NCBI GenBank assembly: GCA_963746845.1
Contig: CAVVCZ010000006.1
Location: forward strand, 320,001-384,000
Reading direction: 5' to 3'
Source of the DNA: an uncultured Chloroflexia bacterium
GTDB lineage: Bacteria; Chloroflexota; Limnocylindria; Limnocylindrales; CSP1-4
DNA: 64,000 bases
The notes beneath the pieces are model-generated. The model did no database searches and was not told where the DNA came from. It saw nothing but the letters and a program-made list of their open reading frames with translations. Both the position numbers and the translations under genes were made by a program. Shown here one piece after another: positions 57,214 through 64,000 of this stretch (its first letter is position 1; each line of letters starts with the position of its first letter).

Positions 57214-58379
57214 GCGCCGCGGCCGACGGGGCGAGCGATCCGGGCGACCCGGTCACCGCCGTCGCGGGGCAACTGGTCCTCGACGACCGCGTCGTCCCGG
57301 GACGGATCCTCGTCAAGGGCGATCGGATCGCCGGCGTCGAGTACCAGGCCGATGACACGCCCGACGGCACGCCCTTCGTCGCGCCCGGCTTCGTCGACGT
57401 CCACGTCCACGGCTGGGGCGGCCACGACGCGATGGCCGACCCAGCGGCGCTCGACGGCATGGCGCGCGGCCTCCTCCGCCACGGCGTAACGTCGTTCCTG
57501 CCGACCGCGGTGACGGCGCCGCTCGCCGACCTCGACGCCTTCGCCGAGCGCGTCCGGGCCTGGCTGCCGGCGGCGCCAGACGATGGCGCCGGGCCACTCG
57601 GCTTCAACCTCGAGGGTCCGTTCCTCGCCAGCGAGCGCCGCGGGGCGCACGACGCGCGGCATCTCCGGGCGCCCGCCGCGGTCCCGGCGGCGGAGCTCGA
57701 GGCGCTCGTCCCGGGCCTGCGCCTGCTCACGATCGCGCCGGAGCTGGACGGAGCCACGGACCTGATCCGCGCGCTGCGAAGCCGCGGCGTGACCGTCTCC
57801 CTGGGCCACTCCGCGGCGTCGTTCGACCAGGCCCGCGCCGGCTATGGGGCCGGCGCCACATCGACGACCCATCTGTTCAACGCGATGACCGGGATCGATC
57901 ATCGCTCACCGGGGCTGGCCCTCGCCGCACTCCTCGACGATGCGGTGTTCGTCGAGCTGATCGCGGACGGGATCCACGTCGACCCGGCCGTCTGGCCGCT
58001 GATCACGCGGTTGAAGCCGGCGGATCGCTGGCTGCTCGTCAGCGACGCGATCGCGATCGCGGGGACGAACGACGGGCGCGGCCGCATCGGGGAGCTGGAG
58101 GTCGAGGTCCGCGGTGGCCGCGCCGTGCTGGCGGGAACGGAGACCCTGGCCGGATCGGTGATCGCCCTCGACGATGCTGTCCGGAACGTCGTCGCGGCCG
58201 GGACGCCGCTGCCGGCCGTCGTCGCGGCGGCCTCCAGGAACCCACTGGCCGCCCTCGGCGTCACCGACCGGGGCCGGATCGCCGTCGGTCAGCGGGCCGA
58301 CCTCGTGGAGCTCGATGGCGGGCTACGGGTCCGCCGGGTGATGCGGGCCGGCCGCTGGTTCGCGGCCGCCGGCGACTGA
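57210..58379 (+). CDS. nagA: N-acetylglucosamine-6-phosphate deacetylase
   Basis: PGFVDVHVHG, LEGPFL..RGAH, TIAPE, GHS, THLFNAM, DGIH, VSDA, LAGS. Confidence 0.93.
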   Translation: MSAAADGASDPGDPVTAVAGQLVLDDRVVPGRILVKGDRIAGVEYQADDTPDGTPFVAPGFVDVHVHGWGGHDAMADPAALDGMARGLLRHGVTSFLPTAVTAPLADLDAFAERVRAWLPAAPDDGAGPLGFNLEGPFLASERRGAHDARHLRAPAAVPAAELEALVPGLRLLTIAPELDGATDLIRALRSRGVTVSLGHSAASFDQARAGYGAGATSTTHLFNAMTGIDHRSPGLALAALLDDAVFVELIADGIHVDPAVWPLITRLKPADRWLLVSDAIAIAGTNDGRGRIGELEVEVRGGRAVLAGTETLAGSVIALDDAVRNVVAAGTPLPAVVAAASRNPLAALGVTDRGRIAVGQRADLVELDGGLRVRRVMRAGRWFAAAGD

Positions 58380-58382
58380 CCG

Positions 58383-59180
58383 TCAGCGGTCGGGCATCGC
58401 CTCCAGGGTCCGCTCGACGTCATGGAGCATCCGGATCGTCGCCTCGGTCACGACCCGCAGGTAGCCCTCGCCGTACTCGGCGCTCGACTCGCGGGCATCG
58501 CCCCACGTTCCGGTCCGCGTCGCCCGGTACACGGAGCCCGGCGACGAGAAGAAGAAGGCCGTGTGGACCGGCGCCGGGCTGGTCACGTCGGGGAATGGCG
58601 GCATCTCGGCGTTGGCGTTCTCGAGGTCGACGAGGTCCGGATCGATCGCCATCACGGCCGACGTCTCGGCCCGGTTCGCGTGCAGGCCGGCCGCCGGCCC
58701 GAAGTACTCCGCCGCCTCGTCGGCCGTCATCCCGTCCCAGTAGTTGATCGGGAAGGCACGCGTCCCCTCGGGCAGGCGCGACGCGGCGTTCGCGCACGCG
58801 TAGGCGATCGCGTAGGTGTTGTCGTAGTGACCGTTGAGGAACGCGATGCGTCGGAAGCCGATCGACGCCAGCGACGCCGCCAGGTCCTCGATCAGGGCCA
58901 TGAAGGTCGGGATCCGGATGTGGACGAGCCCGGTGAACCCGACGTGCGGGTACGACAGGCCGTAGTTGACCGTCGGTGCCACGACCGCCCCGACCCGCGG
59001 CGCGACGCGACGGGCGACCTCGGTCGGGACGAAGGCATCGGTCAGGAGCGGCCCGTGCGGGCCGTGCTGCTCGGTCGAGCCGACCGGGACGACGACGGTC
59101 GGCCGGTCGGGGTGCGCAGCCAGGAACGCCTCGACCTCGGGGCTGGTCATCTCCCCGAGGAACACGGTCGGCGGTTTCAT
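58383..59180 (-). CDS. Creatininase family amidohydrolase
   Basis: PVGSTEQHGPH.PL.TD, NGHYDN, HAN..ETS. Confidence 0.9.
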   Translation of the reverse strand: MKPPTVFLGEMTSPEVEAFLAAHPDRPTVVVPVGSTEQHGPHGPLLTDAFVPTEVARRVAPRVGAVVAPTVNYGLSYPHVGFTGLVHIRIPTFMALIEDLAASLASIGFRRIAFLNGHYDNTYAIAYACANAASRLPEGTRAFPINYWDGMTADEAAEYFGPAAGLHANRAETSAVMAIDPDLVDLENANAEMPPFPDVTSPAPVHTAFFFSSPGSVYRATRTGTWGDARESSAEYGEGYLRVVTEATIRMLHDVERTLEAMPDR

Positions 59181-59203
59181 GCGGTTGGTCCTCCTGCTCG
59201 GCC

Positions 59204-59848
59204 TCAGACGATGTGGGTCGTGAGCTCTCCGATGCCGTCGATCCGACAGACGACGACGTCGCCGGGTTCCAGATGGCGGTCCAGGCCGGGCGGGCTCGAC
59301 AGGCGGGAGGGCGTCCCGGTCGCGATCAGGTCACCCGGCCGAAGGGTCAGATGGCGGCTCAGGAACGCCACGATCTCGGCGATCGAGAACCGCATGTCGG
59401 AGGTGCGGCCGTCCTGGATGGCCACGCCGTTGATCGTGCAGCCGAGCGCCAGATCCGCCGGGTCCAGCTCGTCGGCGGTCACGACCACCGGTCCGGCCGG
59501 ACAGAACCCGGGCATCGACTTGCCGATGAGCCACTGGTCGCCGTCGAGCCACGGATCGCGCGACGAGACGTCGTTGACGATCGTGTAGCCGAGGATGTGG
59601 TCGAGGGCGTCGGCGGCGTCGACCGCGGCCGCCTCCCGGCCGATCACGACGCCGAGCTCGACCTCCGGGTCGACGTTCGCCGTCAGCGTCCGATCCCAGG
59701 TCAGGCTGGCATCCGCGGCCACGAACGCGGACGACGCCTTGCCATAGATCAGGGGCCGCTCCGGGCCGGCTCCGGCCGGTTCGCCCGGCGATCGGTAGTT
59801 GCGGCCGACGGTGTAGATCGCCCCGGGCACGGGGACGTCGAGTCGCAC
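59204..59848 (-). CDS. Fumarylacetoacetate hydrolase family protein
   Basis: VGRNY, DPEVELGVVIG, NDVSSRD, GKS, PGDLIATGTP. Confidence 0.92.
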   Translation of the reverse strand: MRLDVPVPGAIYTVGRNYRSPGEPAGAGPERPLIYGKASSAFVAADASLTWDRTLTANVDPEVELGVVIGREAAAVDAADALDHILGYTIVNDVSSRDPWLDGDQWLIGKSMPGFCPAGPVVVTADELDPADLALGCTINGVAIQDGRTSDMRFSIAEIVAFLSRHLTLRPGDLIATGTPSRLSSPPGLDRHLEPGDVVVCRIDGIGELTTHIV

Positions 59849-59849
59849 G

Positions 59850-60707
59850 TCAGGCCCGCACCGTCGGGTCGGCCAGCAGCGGGGCCACGGCATCGCGCAT
59901 GACACCGGCCATCCCGCCGACGCCGGTCCAGCGTTCGAACGCGATCGCCGCCTGCTGGATCAGCATCTCGGAGCCGTTCGCCGCGCGGAGTCCGCGGGCC
60001 CGGGCGTTCGCGACGAGGGGCGTCTCCGCAGGGACGTAGACGCAGTCGAACACCGTCGCTGCCGCCGGCAGGAGCTCCACGTTGAATGCCGCTCCCGGGT
60101 CGATCATCCCCACGGTCGTCGCGTTGACGGCGAGGTCCGCCGAGCCCAGCGCCTCGACGACCTCCGGGCCATCGAGGGGCACGGCGGACACCGAGCCCGA
60201 CCCGACCCCGCGGAACCGGGCCGCCAACGCCTCGCCCGAGGCGACCGTGCGGCTCGCCACCGAGACGTGTCGTGCGCCGCCGGCCAGGCAGCCGAACACG
60301 ACTGCGTGGGCGGCTCCGCCGGCGCCCGCGACGACGACCTCGAGGCCGACAAGCGGCCGACCGAGCGCCAACTCCACGCCGGCACGGAACCCGGGCGCGT
60401 CCGTGTTGAACCCGATGAGCCGGCCGTCATCGGTCCGGACGACGTTGTTCACCGCCCCGATGGCCTGCGCGTCGCCCTCCACCTCGTCGACCAGGCCCGC
60501 GACGAGGGCCTTGTACGGCGCGGTCACGCCGAGACCGAGGAAGTCCGGCCCGCGCGCGGCACCGACGGCGCCGGGAACCTCCCCTTCGTCCAGCTCCGCG
60601 AGCACGTATTCCCCGTCGATGCCCGCCGCCGCGAACGCGGCGTTGTGCATGACGACCGAGTGGCGTCGCCGGAGCGGCTTGCCGAGGAGGGCGACCCGCC
60701 GGGTCAC
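59850..60707 (-). CDS. aroE: Shikimate dehydrogenase family protein
   Basis: HS..MHN, VTAPYK, GAVN, NTD, GAGGAA, NATTVGM, ML.QQAA.AF..WTG. Confidence 0.82.
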   Translation of the reverse strand: MTRRVALLGKPLRRRHSVVMHNAAFAAAGIDGEYVLAELDEGEVPGAVGAARGPDFLGLGVTAPYKALVAGLVDEVEGDAQAIGAVNNVVRTDDGRLIGFNTDAPGFRAGVELALGRPLVGLEVVVAGAGGAAHAVVFGCLAGGARHVSVASRTVASGEALAARFRGVGSGSVSAVPLDGPEVVEALGSADLAVNATTVGMIDPGAAFNVELLPAAATVFDCVYVPAETPLVANARARGLRAANGSEMLIQQAAIAFERWTGVGGMAGVMRDAVAPLLADPTVRA

Positions 60708-61759
60708 GAGGCGACGGCGACCGGGCTGCGGTTGGGCTTGCGGACCGGCCCGGCGGTCGACGGGAACGTCACGTTCGGGATGATCTCGCGGGCCCAGTCC
60801 TCGAGCTGCCTCGGGTCCGGCGTCATCGTGTGGAGGATGAACTGCTCGACCCCGGCGTCGACCCGGGCCTGGAGCGACGCGACGATCTCGTCCGGCGTGC
60901 CGAACAGGTAGACCGACTCGAGGTACTCCGGGCCACGCTCGCCGCTCATGACCTTCAGGAACGCCCGGTGCTGCTCCTCACGGGCCTTCGCCGGGTCGTT
61001 CGTCAGGACGAGGTGGAGGAAGTTCTCGTGGGCGACGGACAGGCCCGCCGGATCCGCGCCGTTCTCGGCGAAGAACTGCCAGAGCTCGTCCCGGTCGCGC
61101 CGGATGTCGGGCGGTGGGCAGGTCGGCCGAGGGATCCAGCCGTCGGCGCGCAACGTCCGCGCCTTGACCGACTCGACGAACTTCGGCACGTCCGGCGACT
61201 TGGGGTTGGCGAGCTGTGAGCCGCCGCCCACCCAGACGGATGGTCGCATGCCGGTCCGCGGCTCGATGAACACGTCGTCGACCGAGTAGTAGCGGCCGTG
61301 ATAGGTGACGGTCTCGCCGTCGAGGAGCGGCAGCATGATGTCGAGCATCTCGTCGGTCCGCCTGCCGCGCTCGGTCTTGTGGACGCCGACCGCCTCGTAC
61401 TCCACGTCGTTCCAGCCGACGCCCGCGCCGAGGACCATCCGGTTGTCGGACAGGAACTGGAGCGTCGCGAGCTCCTTGGCGAGGAGCACCGGGTTCCGGA
61501 GCGGCATGATCAGGATCGACGTCCCGAGCCGGACCCGCTCGGTCACGCCGGCCGCGACGCCGAGCGCCATCAATGGCTCGAGCCAGTTCACCGAGTAGAA
61601 CCGCTTGCCGACGAGCAGGTGGTCCGTGATGAACAGGGAGTCGAACCCGAGGTCCTCCACGGTCCGTGCGAAGGCCTTGATCCCGCGCGCGCGCTCGGGG
61701 CCGTCGCCCTCCCACACGTACGAGGGCAGGAAGACACCGAACCGGCCGATCTCGCTCAC
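60704..61759 (-). CDS. LLM class flavin-dependent oxidoreductase
   Basis: GFDSLFITDH, TERVRLGT, LAKELATL, GVGW...EY. Confidence 0.92.
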   Translation of the reverse strand: MSEIGRFGVFLPSYVWEGDGPERARGIKAFARTVEDLGFDSLFITDHLLVGKRFYSVNWLEPLMALGVAAGVTERVRLGTSILIMPLRNPVLLAKELATLQFLSDNRMVLGAGVGWNDVEYEAVGVHKTERGRRTDEMLDIMLPLLDGETVTYHGRYYSVDDVFIEPRTGMRPSVWVGGGSQLANPKSPDVPKFVESVKARTLRADGWIPRPTCPPPDIRRDRDELWQFFAENGADPAGLSVAHENFLHLVLTNDPAKAREEQHRAFLKVMSGERGPEYLESVYLFGTPDEIVASLQARVDAGVEQFILHTMTPDPRQLEDWAREIIPNVTFPSTAGPVRKPNRSPVAVAS

Positions 61760-61783
61760 TGACTGACCTCTCGCTGCGCGGCC

Positions 61784-62575
61784 TCAGCGGCCGTGATAGG
61801 TGGGCGGGCGCTTCTCGACGAACGACCTGGCGCCCTCGAGGAGGTCGTCGGTCGCGAAGATCCGGACGGACGTGTCGGTCTCGGCGGCGTGGCCGTCGGC
61901 AAGGGGGCGATCGAGAGCCCCGTCGACGAGGACCTTCACCGCGCGGACCGCAAGCGGGCCCCGCTCGGCGATCTCCGCCCCGATCTCCCTGGCGCGGGCG
62001 ACGGCGCGGCCGGCCGGCACGACCTCGTTCACGAGCCCGATCCGGGCCGCCTCCGCCGCGTCGACGATCCGGCCGGTCAGGAGGAGCTCCTTGGCCCACG
62101 CGACGCCGACGATGCGGGGCAGGCGCTGCGTGCCGCCGGTGCTCGGCGTGACCGCGAGACGGACCTCCGGCAGCCCGAGCCGCGCCCGCTCCGACGCGAC
62201 CCGCAGGTCGCAGCACAGAGCCAGCTCCAGGCCGCCTCCGAGCGCGTCGGCCTCGATCGCGGCGATCGTCGGCATCGCCAGCCCGGCCAGGCGCTGGGCG
62301 ATCCGGGCCTCGAGCGCGAACCGCTCGCGGCCGCCGGAAGGCGAGTCGCGATGGTTCTCGAACTCCTTGACGTTCGAACCCACCGAGAAGGCCCGCTCGC
62401 CGCGTCCGGCAAGGACCAGGGCTCGGACGTCGCCCGGGGCGGCATCCTCGAGCGTCCCGAGCGCGGCGTCCAGCTCGTCGAGGAGCGCCCCGGTCACCAG
62501 GTTGAGCGGTGGATCGTCGAGCTCGAGGAGGGCGACCCGATCGAGCGTCAGATGGACGCGCCGGCGGTCCGTCAC
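61784..62575 (-). CDS. Enoyl-CoA hydratase/isomerase
   Basis: AFSVGSN, ALGGGLELALCCD, GLPEV, GGTQRLPR. Confidence 0.94.
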   Translation of the reverse strand: MTDRRRVHLTLDRVALLELDDPPLNLVTGALLDELDAALGTLEDAAPGDVRALVLAGRGERAFSVGSNVKEFENHRDSPSGGRERFALEARIAQRLAGLAMPTIAAIEADALGGGLELALCCDLRVASERARLGLPEVRLAVTPSTGGTQRLPRIVGVAWAKELLLTGRIVDAAEAARIGLVNEVVPAGRAVARAREIGAEIAERGPLAVRAVKVLVDGALDRPLADGHAAETDTSVRIFATDDLLEGARSFVEKRPPTYHGR

Positions 62576-63999
62576 GTGTCGGACCCGAAGTCCGCGGCGA
62601 GGCCCATCGGGCCGGACGCATAGAGGCGGCGATCCATCACCCGCAGCGTCTCCGCGACGCGCGGCCGGAAGCCCAGCTGCCCGAGGACGTCCCGCTCGAC
62701 GTCGATGCCCGGCGCAACCTCGATCAGGACCAGCCCGTCGTCGTCCAGGGCGAAGACCGCCCGTTCGGTGATGTAGCGGACCTGCTGGCCGCGCTCACGC
62801 GCGAGGCGTCCGTTGAACGAGATCTCGCGGACCTCCGGGACGAACTTGCCGAGCTCGCCCTCCCGGACGATCCGGACGCCGGCGTCGCCGATGTCGAGCT
62901 CGAGGCCCTTGGCGGTGAGCGTCCCGACGAAGTTGATCCGGGGCGTCCGGGCGCTGATGTTCGGGAAGCCGCCCGGGCCGCGGACCCGGCCCTCGAAGGC
63001 GTGGACGTTGACGTTGCCTGCCGCGTCGACCTCGGCGAACGACAGGCTCGCGATGTCGAGGCCGCCGCCGTCGTAGAAGTCGAACATGTAGGGCTGGTCG
63101 ATCATCGCCTGGTAGTTGAAGCCGGCGCCGCCCTCGTTCCCGGCCACCGGGACGCCGCCGAAGATCCCCTGCTCCACCGTGAGCACGAGCTGGTCCGTGA
63201 TCCCCTCCTCCCAGGCGACGCGACCGATGAGCTGGCTGATCCCGAAGCCGAGGTTGCAGATCGCGCCGCGCGGGAACTCGAGCAACGAGCGACGGGCGAT
63301 GATCTTGCGAACGTCCAGCGGCAGCGGCGGCTCCGGCCGGACCGGGCGGCGGAGCGCGCCGTCGTAGTACGGCGAGTCCCGGGTGATGTACGTCTGCCAC
63401 TGGTCCGGGTCGACGAAGACGTGGTCCACGAGCGCACCCGGGACGCGGACGTCGCGCATCCGGAGGCTGCCCCGCGTCGCGAGCTGGCGGACCTGGGCGA
63501 TGACGATCCCGCCGCTGTTCCGGGCGGCCATCGCCATCGCCAGCATCTCGCCCTGGACCGCCTCGCCCTCCATCGTGAGGTTGCCGTCCTCGTCGGCGGT
63601 CGTCGCCCGGATCACCGCGACATCGATCGGGAACGCATGGAACAGGAGCCATTCGCGGCCGCGCAGGGTGACGACCTCGACCAGGTCCTCCGTCGTCCGC
63701 TCGTTCTGCTTGCCGCCGGTCTGGCGCGGGTCGACGTACGTGCCGAGACCCACCGCCGTGACCAGCCCGGGGCGCCCGGCGGCGATCTCGCGCATCAGCT
63801 CGGACAGGACGCCCTGCGGGAAGGAGTACGACTCCAGCTCGTTCGCCTCGACGAGCGCCCCGAGCCGTGGCTCGTTGCCGATGTTGCTGCCGATCGTCCG
63901 CCGCATCAGCCCGGGCAGCCCCAGCTGGGAGAAGCCGCGCTCGGCGAAGTCGCCGATCCCGACCACCCGGACGGTCGTGAGGTCGCGCGGCCGGCCCTC
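62572..63999 (-). CDS. Acyl-CoA:acetate/propionate CoA-transferase (YdiF-like), 5'-truncated
   Basis: PQG, GLGTYVDPR, ADEDGN, NLGFG, TVEQG, GPGGF.NI, YITERAVF. Confidence 0.92.
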   Translation of the reverse strand, partial: EGRPRDLTTVRVVGIGDFAERGFSQLGLPGLMRRTIGSNIGNEPRLGALVEANELESYSFPQGVLSELMREIAAGRPGLVTAVGLGTYVDPRQTGGKQNERTTEDLVEVVTLRGREWLLFHAFPIDVAVIRATTADEDGNLTMEGEAVQGEMLAMAMAARNSGGIVIAQVRQLATRGSLRMRDVRVPGALVDHVFVDPDQWQTYITRDSPYYDGALRRPVRPEPPLPLDVRKIIARRSLLEFPRGAICNLGFGISQLIGRVAWEEGITDQLVLTVEQGIFGGVPVAGNEGGAGFNYQAMIDQPYMFDFYDGGGLDIASLSFAEVDAAGNVNVHAFEGRVRGPGGFPNISARTPRINFVGTLTAKGLELDIGDAGVRIVREGELGKFVPEVREISFNGRLARERGQQVRYITERAVFALDDDGLVLIEVAPGIDVERDVLGQLGFRPRVAETLRVMDRRLYASGPMGLAADFGSDT

Positions 64000-64000
64000 G

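Noticed and set aside
58383-61759. Creatininase plus LLM as mycofactocin genes
   Set aside because: No mftA/B/C precursor or radical SAM gene in the window, and the context looks catabolic.

Overview
Very GC-rich bacterial chromosomal segment with about 63 coding regions and one tRNA. The likely source is Chloroflexota (possibly Limnocylindria-like), inferred only from LeuS/CpaF sequence style. From left to right: a stress/low-oxygen-type cluster (Usp, GNAT, acetyl-CoA hydrolase/transferase, flavodoxin, Zn-ADH) with paired DevR/DosR-like boxes; an ECF sigma/anti-sigma pair; an orphan CpaF/TadA ATPase fused to a degenerate Rid (YjgF) domain; tRNA-Ala(GGC) and leuS; a CGNR regulator divergent from two tiny ORFs across two TAACC-N18-GGTTA palindromes; a DUF4242-adenylate cyclase; comEA-comEC-holA; rsfS-nadD-obgE, a LysM/M23 peptidase and rho. 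The right 35 kb holds four catabolic operons: an aldolase/SDR/FAD-oxidoreductase/PTE/MetE-like operon, a bxl-like xylo-oligosaccharide operon, a ROK-controlled amino/deoxy-sugar operon, and a CoA-transferase/LLM/FAH/creatininase operon. A ~128-nt rod-shaped repeat with compensatory base changes occurs three times in intergenic DNA. No transposase, integrase, prophage or CRISPR array was seen. All product calls are motif recognition by eye, not database searches.
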